Source of the DNA: Rhizomicrobium sp.
Lineage (GTDB): Bacteria; Pseudomonadota; Alphaproteobacteria; Micropepsales; Micropepsaceae
Assembly (NCBI GenBank): GCA_035250225.1
Contig: DATFFI010000219.1
Coordinates: 256 to 64,255, forward strand
Reading direction: 5' to 3'
DNA: 64,000 nt
The notes beneath the pieces were generated by a model. That model was not told where the DNA came from. It was given only the letters and a program-made list of their open reading frames with translations, and did no database searches. The position numbers and the translations under genes were made by a program. Each line of letters starts with the position of its first letter. The first letter of the stretch is position 1. Below, in pieces: positions 35,525 through 45,433 of this stretch.

Positions 35525-37150
35525 GTGAAGCGCGACCTTTCCCGACTTTCCAACCAGAGCTTCGACCTGCTGATCATCGGCGGCGGCGCCACCGGCTGTT
35601 TCGCCGCGCGCGACGCGGCCCTGCGCGGCCTCTCGGTGGCGCTGGTCGAGGCGCGTGACTTCGCCTCTGCCACCAGCGCCCGTTCCTCCAGGCTGGTGCA
35701 TGGCGGACTGCGCTATCTGCGCAATCTCGAAACCGGGCTGGTGCGCGAAAGTTTGCGCGAAAGGCTGGCGCTGATGCGGATCGCGCCGCATCTGGTGCGC
35801 CCCCTGCCTTTCCTGCTGCCGCTCCATGGCGGCGGCCTGCTGGGGCGCGCCAAGCTTGCGGCGGGGCTGACGCTTTACGATCTGCTGTCCCATGACCGCA
35901 ACCGGCTGGAAGATCCGGCGCTGCGCCTGCCCGGTCATCGCTGGATCGGGAAAAAGGACGCGCTGGCGCGTGAACCGGTGCTGGACGCCAAAGGCTTCAG
36001 GGGCGCCTTCGAGTATCACGACGCCCAGATGTATGCGCCCGAGCGGCTGGCGCTGGAAAATCTGATCGACGCCGACGCCCATGGCGCCGTCATCGCCAAC
36101 TATGTGGCGGCGGAAAAACTACTGTTGCGCCACGGCAAGGTCGAGGGCTGCAGCGTGCGCGATCGCATTACCGGCTCCGGCTTCGATATCCGCGCCGCCG
36201 CCGTGCTGGTGGCCGCGGGTCCCTGGGCCGATATCTTCCTGGAACAGGCGACGGGACAGACGGCGGCGCACAAGCTCATCCGCTCCAAGGGCATTCACCT
36301 GATGGTGCCGCTGCTGTCACGATCGGCGCTGGCGCTGGAGACCGGCGGTGGCCATCTCTTCGCCCTGCCCTGGCGCGGCCACACCTTGCTGGCGACCACC
36401 GACACGCCCTTCAGCGGCGATCCTGCCGGCGTCGCGGTCAGCGAGGCTGATATCGTTTCCTTCCTCGCCACCTGCCGCAAGGCACTGCCGGTAGCGGCGC
36501 TGGCGCGGGATCGGGTTGAGCATTTTTACGCGGGCTTGCGGCCGCTGGTCAGCGACGGCTCACCAAAAAATGCAACAATGCTCAGCTATCACGTCAGCCG
36601 CCGCGCCGAGCTGGTCGATCATGCGACAGAAAGCATGAGCGGCCTGTTCTCGGCATTGGGCGGCAAATGGACCACGTCGCGCGCCCTGGCCGAGAAGGCC
36701 ATCGATGCCATCGCCGGCAAGCTGGAGAAAAAGACCACGCCCTGCGTCACCGCGACGACGCCCTTGCCCGGCGGCCGTATCGACCGTTTCGACGGCCTGG
36801 TCGCGGGGATGCAGAAAACCTATCCCGGCATCGCGGCGCTGCGGCACCTGGCGCACCTGCATGGCGCCCGCCTGCCCTTGTTGCTGCAAGGTGTCCGCCT
36901 GACCGACCTGATGCCGCTGGGACCCAGTCAGGACGTGCCGGCGCAGATTGCCTTCGCCGTGCGTGAGGAAATGGCCCTGACACTGGAAGATGTGGTGATG
37001 CGGCGCACGTCATTGGGCCAGTTCGGCAGACCCTCGCACCAGGCTCTGGCGCAGGTGGTGACTTTGATGACGCGCGAACTGGGCTGGAGCGCCGAAAAGC
37101 AGCAAAGCGAGATCGCCACGCTGAACCACCTCTATGAGGTGGCGGCATGA
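35525..37150 (+). CDS. glpD: FAD-dependent glycerol-3-phosphate dehydrogenase
   Basis: GTG start. FAD motif DLLIIGGGATG, ATSARSSRLVHGGLRYL, and a C-terminal GlpD-type domain. Confidence 0.88.
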   Translation: MKRDLSRLSNQSFDLLIIGGGATGCFAARDAALRGLSVALVEARDFASATSARSSRLVHGGLRYLRNLETGLVRESLRERLALMRIAPHLVRPLPFLLPLHGGGLLGRAKLAAGLTLYDLLSHDRNRLEDPALRLPGHRWIGKKDALAREPVLDAKGFRGAFEYHDAQMYAPERLALENLIDADAHGAVIANYVAAEKLLLRHGKVEGCSVRDRITGSGFDIRAAAVLVAAGPWADIFLEQATGQTAAHKLIRSKGIHLMVPLLSRSALALETGGGHLFALPWRGHTLLATTDTPFSGDPAGVAVSEADIVSFLATCRKALPVAALARDRVEHFYAGLRPLVSDGSPKNATMLSYHVSRRAELVDHATESMSGLFSALGGKWTTSRALAEKAIDAIAGKLEKKTTPCVTATTPLPGGRIDRFDGLVAGMQKTYPGIAALRHLAHLHGARLPLLLQGVRLTDLMPLGPSQDVPAQIAFAVREEMALTLEDVVMRRTSLGQFGRPSHQALAQVVTLMTRELGWSAEKQQSEIATLNHLYEVAA

Positions 37151-38064
37151 AAGCCTTCGTTCTCTACAATCCTGCCGCCAACAATGGCCGCACAAAGCAG
37201 GACTGGCCGGCCCTGGCGGCAGCGCTGCAGACGGTCTTTCCCCACTTTGTCGGCACGCCGGTTTCCGCCCGCGGACAGGCCGCGCGCCTGGTGCGCGACG
37301 CCCTGCGCGAAGGCCATGACCAGATCGTGGCGGTGGGCGGCGACGGCACCGTCAACGAAGCAGTCAACGGCTTTTTCGAACTGGGGGTGCCGCTGGCGTC
37401 CGATGCGGTGCTGAATATCGTCCAGACCGGATCGCGCAACGATATCGCGCATGGCCGCCCCACCGGCGTGGCGGCGGCGCTGGCGCTGCGCAATGCCCAT
37501 GTCCGCCCGCGCGACCTGGGTCATGTTTCCTGCCTGACAGCGGATGGCAGGCCGGTGACGCGCTTCTTCCTCAACGCCGCCTCATTCGGCATTACCGGCG
37601 ATGCCGCCCGGCGTCTCAACCAGGCCCGCATTTCGGCCCTGCTGGGCGCCGATTTCGCGCGCACCTTCAGCGAGGCGATGGCACTGGCGGCCTGGCGCAC
37701 CTGCCGCGTCCGGCTGGTCGCCGACAATGGCTTTGACGAGATCGACGGCATCAGCACGGTGGCGGTCCTGAACGGCACCAGCTTCGGCGGTGGCTTGATG
37801 GTGACGCCCGACGCCGAGCCGAATGACGGCCGCTTCGACATCGCCATCCTGGGCGGCGACCGCAAGCGGCGTCTCAGGCAGATGTTCCGCGACCTGCACC
37901 ACGGGGAAAAAGTGGGTTTGCGCCGGCGGCGCTCCACCCGCCTGACGGCCGCGCCGACCCTCGACACGCGCCATCCGGTGATCGTGGAAACCGATGGCGA
38001 AGCGGTCGGCATGCTGCCCGCCAGCTTCGAGATCGTGCCCCACGCGATCCGGATACGGATTTAG
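37147..38064 (+). CDS. diacylglycerol-kinase-family lipid kinase (YegS/BmrU-like)
   Basis: 305 aa with DAGK catalytic motif VAVGGDGTVNEAVNG. ATGA overlap with glpD. Confidence 0.85.
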   Translation: MKAFVLYNPAANNGRTKQDWPALAAALQTVFPHFVGTPVSARGQAARLVRDALREGHDQIVAVGGDGTVNEAVNGFFELGVPLASDAVLNIVQTGSRNDIAHGRPTGVAAALALRNAHVRPRDLGHVSCLTADGRPVTRFFLNAASFGITGDAARRLNQARISALLGADFARTFSEAMALAAWRTCRVRLVADNGFDEIDGISTVAVLNGTSFGGGLMVTPDAEPNDGRFDIAILGGDRKRRLRQMFRDLHHGEKVGLRRRRSTRLTAAPTLDTRHPVIVETDGEAVGMLPASFEIVPHAIRIRI

Positions 38065-39020
38065 GCGGCTGCCAATCCGGCACTGACCGCATGGGCCGCA
38101 TCCGCAAGCGCCGTATGCGCCTGGGGCAGGATCGTCTCCAGATAGATGAAGCAATGCACCATGTCGGCATAGTCGGCGATGGTCACCGGCACGCCGGCGG
38201 CGCGCAGCTTCTGGGCATAGGCCTGGCCTTCGTCATGCAGCGGATCATAGCCGCCCAGCATCACATAGGCGGGCGGCAATTTTGAAAAGTCTTTCGCACG
38301 CAGCGGCGAGACCAGGGGCGAGGCGCGATCGGCCTCGTTGGGGACATAGTGACCATGGCACCATTCGATGGTGTGGCGCTCCAGGAAATAACCCACCGCA
38401 TACTCGTTCAGCGACGAAGTCTCGCCGCCGACCTGGGTGTTGGGAAAGAGCAGCAGCTGATAGGCCAGCTTGGGCGCACCCTTGTCGCGGGCGATCTGCG
38501 TCACCACCGCCGCCAGCAAGCCGCCGGCGGAATCGCCGCCCACCGCGATGCGGCCGGCATCGATGCCCAGCGTCGCCGCGTTGGCGCAGATCCAGTTGGT
38601 GGCGGCGACGGCATCGTCCACCGCCGCGGGATAGGGATGTTCGGGCGCCAGGCGATAGTCGATGGCGATGACGCGCAGATTGCCCTCGCTGGCGATCAGG
38701 CGGCAAAGGCCGTCATGGCTCTCCAGCCCGCCCACGACAAAGCCGCCGCCATGGAAAAAGATCAGCGCCGGCTGCGGCTCGCTGGTCAGGGCAATGGGGG
38801 CATAGGCGCGGGCGGCAATGTCACGCGCCGGCCCCGGCCCCTGCGGCACCGAAATGGAAAAATTCTCCACCTTGCCGACGGCGACGCCCTGCGGCCCCAC
38901 CAGCCCCATCATGCCGGCGAAGGAGGCCCGCGCCGCAGCAGGCGGCATCTGCCAGAGCTTGGGTCGCGGAATCGCGGCCGCCTGGTCGAGAAAGGCTTTC
39001 ACCAAGGGATCGAGCGGCAT
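38061..39020 (-). CDS. alpha/beta hydrolase, hormone-sensitive-lipase-type esterase
   Basis: Oxyanion motif HGGGFVVGG, nucleophile elbow GDSAGG, and C-terminal DPLHDEG plus H. Confidence 0.88.
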   Translation of the reverse strand: MPLDPLVKAFLDQAAAIPRPKLWQMPPAAARASFAGMMGLVGPQGVAVGKVENFSISVPQGPGPARDIAARAYAPIALTSEPQPALIFFHGGGFVVGGLESHDGLCRLIASEGNLRVIAIDYRLAPEHPYPAAVDDAVAATNWICANAATLGIDAGRIAVGGDSAGGLLAAVVTQIARDKGAPKLAYQLLLFPNTQVGGETSSLNEYAVGYFLERHTIEWCHGHYVPNEADRASPLVSPLRAKDFSKLPPAYVMLGGYDPLHDEGQAYAQKLRAAGVPVTIADYADMVHCFIYLETILPQAHTALADAAHAVSAGLAAA

Positions 39021-39155
39021 GAAGGTCCCGGAGGAACGCGACTCGATGGTAACGCATTTCGTGGAACTTTAGCCATGTGGGGGGCGCCGATGGGAGCAGT
39101 TCCAGAAAGCTCGAGCCGCGCATTCCGCGCGGCGACAAGCCGCATCCGAAAGATC

Positions 39156-39191
39156 CCTTCCCCCGCGAGCGAAGCGACCGGCGGGGGAAGG
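39156..39191. repeat. GC-rich hairpin inside a 260-bp structured spacer
   Basis: CCTTCCCCCGC-N14-GCGGGGGAAGG has an 11-bp perfect stem. The surrounding spacer (39021-39278) is rich in GCGA/AGCG repeats and has no credible ORF. Confidence 0.6.
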
Positions 39192-39278
39192 TGTCGCAGC
39201 GAGGGTGAGTAGCGACAGCGTACGAACGCAGCGCGGCGCAAGCCGCGATGCGACCCGAGCTGCGACGGATGGGGGAAA

Positions 39279-39491
39279 CTAATGAACAGTGATATGCTTG
39301 TCGGGATCGACGCGGTGGCTGATCACATCGCCCAGCAGCACCAGCATGACGAACCAGAACTGGGCGCGGTCGTGATTGCCTTCGGCTTCCATGGTCATCA
39401 CGGCGCGACTGGCATAGTCGCAGGCGGCCGCGCCATGTTCGGTGGCAAGGTCTGACGCCAGGCGGTACATATCGCCGGTGGTCATGGTCAT
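39279..39491 (-). CDS. hypothetical small protein (70 aa)
   Basis: AGGGAG lies 7 nt upstream of the ATG. GC3-rich. One hydrophobic stretch, FWFVMLVLLGDVI. No family recognised. Confidence 0.5.
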   Translation of the reverse strand: MTMTTGDMYRLASDLATEHGAAACDYASRAVMTMEAEGNHDRAQFWFVMLVLLGDVISHRVDPDKHITVH

Positions 39492-39660
39492 GAACCACTC
39501 CCTTCAAAGCCCGGCGTCATCAGAGCATCAAGGTCGTTAGCGTTCCGTTAACTGCTATTAACCAATTGAAATAGCTATTGTATTTTCCGCACTTGCCAGA
39601 ACTACATTTCGGCCGCGTGATTGCTTATATACTCCAGGTTCCTGACGTAGATTTCTGGCC

Positions 39661-40902
39661 ATGCACGGCAAAAGCATCCTTCTGATCATCGGCGGCGGCA
39701 TCGCCGCCTATAAAAGCCTGGAACTGATCCGCCGGCTCGCCGAACGGGGCGTGCGGACCCGCGCCATCCTGACCAGGGCGGGCGCCGAGTTCGTCACCCC
39801 GCTGTCGGTCTCGTCCCTGGCCGGCGAACGCGTCTTTGAAGACCTGTTCTCGCTTACTGATGAAGCGGCGATGGGTCATATCGAATTGTCACGCAGCGCC
39901 GACCTGGTGGTGGTGGCGCCGGCCACGGCCGACCTGATGGCCAAGATGGCGAACGGCCTGGCCAATGACCTCGCCTCCACCGCCCTGCTCGCCACCGACA
40001 AGACAGTGCTGATGGCGCCCGCCATGAATGTGCGGATGTGGCAAAGCCCGTCGGCGAAACGTAATTTCGAAACCCTGAGTCGCGACGGCGTGCTTTTTGT
40101 CGGCCCCAATGACGGGGAGATGGCTTGCGGCGAATACGGCCCGGGCCGCATGGCCGAGCCGCTGGAAATCGTCGCCGCGATCGAACAGGCCCTCGTTCAT
40201 GGGAATGAGGGCGGCGACGCCATGCTTGCTGGCGTGCGCGCCCTGGTCACGGCGGGGCCCACCCACGAACCGGTCGATCCGGTGCGCTTCATCGGCAATC
40301 ATTCCAGTGGCAAGCAGGGCTATGCCATCGCCGCCGCCCTGGCGGCCGCGGGGGCACAGACGACGCTGGTGTCAGGGCCGGTGTCGCTCGCCGCGCCCAA
40401 GGGCGTGAAGTTGGTACGGGTGGGTACCGCGCGCGAAATGCTGGCGGCCAGCGAAGCCGCCCTGCCCGCCGATGTGCTGGTGATGGCCGCCGCCGTGGCC
40501 GACTGGCGTCCCGACATCATCGCCAACAGCAAATTGAAGAAATCGACCGATAGACCCCATGCCGCGCAAAGCGCGGCAGAAGAAAGAGGGCCGCTGATCA
40601 AGCTGGTGGAAAATCCCGACATATTGGCGACGCTGGCCGGCGGGCGGCTAAGGCCGCGGCTGGTGATCGGCTTTGCCGCCGAAACTGACGATGTGATCGA
40701 AAATGCCGTCGCCAAGCGGACGCGCAAGGGCGCCGACTGGATCATCGCCAATGATGTCGCCGGCGATGTCATGGGCGGAGAAAAGAACCGCGTTCATCTG
40801 GTGAGCGAGGCCGGCGTCGAAGACTGGCCGGAAATGACAAAACAAGAAGTGGGCGCGCGGCTGGCCGCGCGCATCGCGCAACAGCTCAAGGGGGCCGCGT
40901 GA
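39661..40902 (+). CDS. coaBC: bifunctional phosphopantothenoylcysteine decarboxylase / phosphopantothenate-cysteine ligase
   Basis: N-terminal flavoprotein domain ([17 protein letters not shown]) and C-terminal ligase domain ([11 protein letters not shown]). Confidence 0.93.
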   Translation: MHGKSILLIIGGGIAAYKSLELIRRLAERGVRTRAILTRAGAEFVTPLSVSSLAGERVFEDLFSLTDEAAMGHIELSRSADLVVVAPATADLMAKMANGLANDLASTALLATDKTVLMAPAMNVRMWQSPSAKRNFETLSRDGVLFVGPNDGEMACGEYGPGRMAEPLEIVAAIEQALVHGNEGGDAMLAGVRALVTAGPTHEPVDPVRFIGNHSSGKQGYAIAAALAAAGAQTTLVSGPVSLAAPKGVKLVRVGTAREMLAASEAALPADVLVMAAAVADWRPDIIANSKLKKSTDRPHAAQSAAEERGPLIKLVENPDILATLAGGRLRPRLVIGFAAETDDVIENAVAKRTRKGADWIIANDVAGDVMGGEKNRVHLVSEAGVEDWPEMTKQEVGARLAARIAQQLKGAA

Positions 40903-41351
40903 AGGTTGGTATCAAGAAATTGCCGCATGGGCAGGACCTGCCCCTGCCCCATTACGCCACTTCCGGTTCGGCCGGCCTCGACCTGCTGGCGGCGGTCGAG
41001 ACAGAGATGACGCTGGCGCCGGGCGCGCGCGCCGCCGTGCCGACCGGTCTGTCCATCGAGTTGCCGCTGGGCGTGGAAGCCCAGGTGCGGCCGCGTTCAG
41101 GCCTGGCGCTCAATCACGGCATCACCTGCCTCAATACCCCGGGCACCATCGACAGCGATTATCGCGGCGAAGTGAAGGTCATCCTGATCAATCTGGGCGA
41201 TGCGCCCTTCAAGATCGCCCGCGGCGCCAAGATCGCGCAGATGGTGATCGCCCGCCATGAACAGGCCGAACTGATCGAAGTCGAGGCGTTGAGCGACACC
41301 GCCCGCGGCGCCGGCGGCTTCGGCTCCACCGGCATGACGGCCAAAGTGTAA
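40899..41351 (+). CDS. dut: dUTP diphosphatase
   Basis: 150 aa: [32 protein letters not shown]. Confidence 0.95.
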   Translation: MKVGIKKLPHGQDLPLPHYATSGSAGLDLLAAVETEMTLAPGARAAVPTGLSIELPLGVEAQVRPRSGLALNHGITCLNTPGTIDSDYRGEVKVILINLGDAPFKIARGAKIAQMVIARHEQAELIEVEALSDTARGAGGFGSTGMTAKV

Positions 41352-41800
41352 TGTTGAAATTGTCCCGCAAGACCCTGCTGGCGCTCGAGGCGGTGATCGA
41401 CATCGCCTTCAATGCGCGGCCGGAGCCGGTGCAGGCCAAGGAAATCACCGCCCGCCAGGGCGTGCCGCAGCGTTACCTGGAACAGGTGATGCAGCAGCTG
41501 GTGCGGGCCGGCATCCTCAAGGGCGTGCGCGGTCCGCGCGGCGGCTATCGCCTGGCGCGGGAACGGCGGCGCATCTCGGTGGGCGATGTCGTCCGCGTCG
41601 CCGAAAGCATCGAGGATGAAGAGGAAAAGAGCGTGCCGCGCTCCGATCTGGGCCAGCGCATCGTCGCACCCTTCATCGCGGGGCTGCAGGACGAATTGAT
41701 GGTAAGGCTGGATTCGGTGACGATCGAGGAACTTTGCCAGCGGGCCCGGGGCCAGGGCGTCAGCGATGCCATGGCCAGCGGCGCCGATTTTACAATTTGA
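41351..41800 (+). CDS. Rrf2 family transcriptional regulator
   Basis: 149 aa. [19 protein letters not shown] ... [28 protein letters not shown] is a winged-HTH Rrf2 pattern. No obvious 3-Cys cluster. It sits upstream of cysK. Confidence 0.85.
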   Translation: MLKLSRKTLLALEAVIDIAFNARPEPVQAKEITARQGVPQRYLEQVMQQLVRAGILKGVRGPRGGYRLARERRRISVGDVVRVAESIEDEEEKSVPRSDLGQRIVAPFIAGLQDELMVRLDSVTIEELCQRARGQGVSDAMASGADFTI

Positions 41801-41837
41801 GGCCCCGCCCTGCGGGACCGGCCATAGAGAGGGTATC

Positions 41838-42779
<942 letters not shown>

Positions 42780-42797
<18 letters not shown>

Positions 42798-43583
42798 CAG
42801 GCCCGGCACGTCGGTACAGATCGCCTCAACCTCCAGCGCTTTCAGACGCCGCATCTCGTCCGGATCATTGACCGTCCAGGCCGCCAGCTTGAGGCCGTAG
42901 GCACGCGCCAACGCCGCCGCTTCCGCCGTCAACTGCGAGAAGTGCGGAAACCAGCCTGCGCCGCCCAATCCGCGAATGATGTTGAAGAGTGGGACGGTGC
43001 CGGCAATGTTATTGTTGCTGGTGCACCAGATTTCCGCTTTTGGCTGCACCTGATGCACCCGCATCAGGGCCCGCCAGTCGAAACCGACAAAAATTGCGCG
43101 CGACAGAAAATCCGCTTTCTCCACCACCGCCAGCGCGGCATCGGCCAGCGCCACCGGATCGGCGCTGTCTTCGCCGGTATCGCATTTGAGCTCGACCAGC
43201 AGGCGGAAAGCCGTCACCGGCCGAACCCGCGCGATCACTTCTTCCAAAGTGGGAATCTGTTCGCCCTCAGCCGCCTGCAAGATAGGATGCTGGGTGCCGT
43301 AATCACTGCCGGGCCGCGGGCGGCCAATGTCGAAACCGCGCAATTGCGCCAGCGGCAGGTCCTTGATCCTCGCGCCGCGGCCTTCCAGCCAGGCGCCGCC
43401 TTGCCGCGTGTAGCCGGAATTGAGCCGGGCGTCGTGGTAGACCACCGCCACACCGTCGGCGGAAAGCTGGACATCCAGCTCCGCGCCATCACATCCGAGA
43501 GCCATGGCGTTGCGGAACGCGGCCAGGCTGTTTTCCGGAAAGAGCGCGGCCCCACCCCGATGCGCGATATTGAGAGTCGGCAT
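42780..43583 (-). CDS. glycerophosphodiester phosphodiesterase (cytoplasmic, UgpQ-like)
   Basis: Start at [11 protein letters not shown] (43583). ENS and ELDV...HD motifs. The 179-codon upstream extension in the ORF track runs through the microsatellite and antisense to the MATE gene, so it is rejected. Confidence 0.85.
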
Positions 43584-43714
43584 GTCCCGACTGTAGGACA
43601 AGTTTCCGGCCGGTCCATGGCCGGCCAGGATTTCCGCGAAAACTGCGGCTTCTGTGTGACGTGTTTTCCGCGCTGCCGGATTGTTTGAACCGGCATTCCC
43701 AGGACGCACCCACC

Positions 43715-43809
43715 TTGCCTTGCCTTGCCTTGCCTTGCCTTGCCTTGCCTTGCCTTGCCTTGCCTTGACTTGACTTGCCTTGACTTGACTTGCCTTGACT
43801 TGAATTGAG
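43715..43809. repeat. pentanucleotide microsatellite, 19 units of TTGNN
   Basis: (TTGCC)x10 from 43715 to 43764, then TTGAC TTGAC TTGCC TTGAC TTGAC TTGCC TTGAC TTGAA TTGAG. Counted directly from the sequence. Confidence 0.97.
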
Positions 43810-43868
43810 GCCGGGCGTACCCACCCCGCCCCGGGCAATTCCGCCCGCACCGACGGAAGGAGGATGCC

Positions 43869-43928
43869 ATGTACCGACCCGTTTCCGCCTCTGTTCGCGG
43901 CGCCTTTTTCGTTCCGGGATCCCGATAA
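43869..43928 (+). CDS. candidate leader peptide (19 aa) upstream of the MATE efflux gene
   Basis: SD GGAAGGAGG (43855-43863) lies 5 nt before the ATG. The peptide is MYRPVSASVRGAFFVPGSR-TAA. A terminator hairpin follows. Confidence 0.45.
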   Translation: MYRPVSASVRGAFFVPGSR

Positions 43929-43952
43929 ATCCGTTCTTTGCGGCTTTTCGCG

Positions 43953-43988
43953 CCCTCCCGGTAATCCCGTGGAGGGTTTTTCGTTTTT
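43953..43988 (+). terminator. intrinsic terminator / attenuator in the MATE leader
   Basis: CCCTCCCGG-TAATC-CCG(T)GGAGGG forms a 9-bp GC stem with one bulge, followed by TTTTTCGTTTTT. It ends 12 nt before the MATE ATG at 44000. Confidence 0.65.
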
Positions 43989-43999
43989 CCTGAGTTGGC

Positions 44000-45433
44000 A
44001 TGAGTAAGATGAGCAACCTCGATCTGGGCCAGAGCGGCCCCCGCATTTCCGGCAATCAGCGCGGCGCGCTGTGGCTGGAAATGAAAGCGCTGACGCGGCT
44101 GGCCGCACCGCTGGCGGCAACCCAGCTGGCGCAGATGGTGATCCTGGCCACCGACACGCTGATGCTGGGCCATCTCAGCAAGGAAGCGCTTGCGGCCGCC
44201 ACCCTGGCCAACCAGGTCTATATCATGACGTGGCTGGTCGGACTGGGCCCGGCCTCCGCCGTGCCAGCGATGATCGCCCATATCCGCGGCGCCCGCGAAA
44301 GCAACTGGGGCGGCGTGCGCCATATCGTGCGCATGGGCCTCTGGTCGGTGGCGCTGCTGTCGGTGCCGCTGCTGCTGCTGTTGACCTTCACCCGCGATAT
44401 CCTGCTGCTGCTGGGTCAGGATGCTTTGCTGGCGGATCATGCCGCCGCCTTCATGACCGCCCTGATGTGGGGCCTGCCCTTCAGCCTCGCCTACCAGGTG
44501 CTGCGCAATTTCTCCACCGCGGTGGACAAGCCGATGATGCCGCTGATCGTGGCGGGACTGACCGTCATGGTCAACGCGGTGGTCGGCTATGGCCTGATCT
44601 TCGGCCATTTCGGCCTGCCGCGGCTGGAGCTGATGGGCTCGGGCCTGGCCAGCGCCTTCGCCAATTTCTTCGGCTTCGCCGCCATGCTGGCTTTCGTGAT
44701 GCTGCAGCCCAAACTCAGGCGTTACCGCGTGCTGCATCGCTGGGCCCAGCCGCACTGGGCGCATCTGCGCGAGGTCTTTCATCTCGGCATGCCCATCGGC
44801 GTCACCATGATGTTCGAGGTGGCGCTGTTCGTCACCGCCGCCTTCACCATGGGCCTGTTCGGCGCCGACATTCTGGCGGCGCACCAGATCGCCATCACCG
44901 TGCCCTCGCTCACCTTCATGGTGCCGCTGGGCATCGGCATGGCCGCGACGGTGCGGGTGGGCCTGGCCAAGGGCGCCGGCGACGCTGTCGAAGCCCGGCG
45001 CGCCGGCTTCGCCGCCATGGGCATGGCGGTGGTGTTTATGACGTTCACGTCGGTGCTGCTGCTCTCCTTCCCACGCGTCATTGCCGGCCTCTGGCTGCCC
45101 GACATCCCTGCGAATGCGGCGGTGCTGTCGCTGGCAGTGAGCTTCCTGATGGTGGGTGCCGCTTTCCAGCTCGTCGATGGGCTGCAGGTGACCGCCGCCC
45201 TGTCGCTGCGCGGCCTCAAGGATGCCCAGGCGCCGATGTGGATCGCCGGCGCCAGTTACTGGCTCTGCGGTTTTCCCGTCTGTCTCTGGCTGGGCTTCGG
45301 CCTGAAGATGCAGGGCCTGGGCGTCTGGATCGGATTGGCGTTCGGTCTGCTGGTGGCCGCGGTGGCGCTGATCTGGCGCTTCAACCGCTTGTCAAAGGTA
45401 ACTGCGGCCCAGATACAGCAGCAGGAAGAATAA
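44000..45433 (+). CDS. MATE family efflux transporter (NorM-like)
   Basis: 477 aa with about 12 TM segments. The N-terminal LTRLAAPLAATQLAQM and the duplicated-half architecture are typical of MATE. Confidence 0.88.
   Translation: MSKMSNLDLGQSGPRISGNQRGALWLEMKALTRLAAPLAATQLAQMVILATDTLMLGHLSKEALAAATLANQVYIMTWLVGLGPASAVPAMIAHIRGARESNWGGVRHIVRMGLWSVALLSVPLLLLLTFTRDILLLLGQDALLADHAAAFMTALMWGLPFSLAYQVLRNFSTAVDKPMMPLIVAGLTVMVNAVVGYGLIFGHFGLPRLELMGSGLASAFANFFGFAAMLAFVMLQPKLRRYRVLHRWAQPHWAHLREVFHLGMPIGVTMMFEVALFVTAAFTMGLFGADILAAHQIAITVPSLTFMVPLGIGMAATVRVGLAKGAGDAVEARRAGFAAMGMAVVFMTFTSVLLLSFPRVIAGLWLPDIPANAAVLSLAVSFLMVGAAFQLVDGLQVTAALSLRGLKDAQAPMWIAGASYWLCGFPVCLWLGFGLKMQGLGVWIGLAFGLLVAAVALIWRFNRLSKVTAAQIQQQEE

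Noticed and set aside
43715-43809. Possible CRISPR array.
   Set aside because: The units are 5 bp and contiguous with no spacers, and there are no cas genes. It is a microsatellite, not a CRISPR array.
43584-44120. N-terminal 179-codon extension of the GDPD ORF running through the microsatellite (encoding QGKARQGKAR / KASQVKASQV repeats), which would make the repeat a coding phase-variation tract.
   Set aside because: GDPD enzymes start close to the IAHRGG motif, which here follows the ATG at 43583. The extension has no protein-like features and overlaps the MATE gene start on the opposite strand. I treat the repeat as intergenic, but a frame-shifting coding role is not formally excluded.
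45392-45433. 42-nt convergent overlap of the MATE and ubiB 3' ends. Shared or overlapping stops also occur at 14201-14204, 38061-38064 and 42780-42797.
   Set aside because: This is consistent with the generally compact gene packing of the region. There is no evidence of a special function beyond possible convergent-transcription effects.
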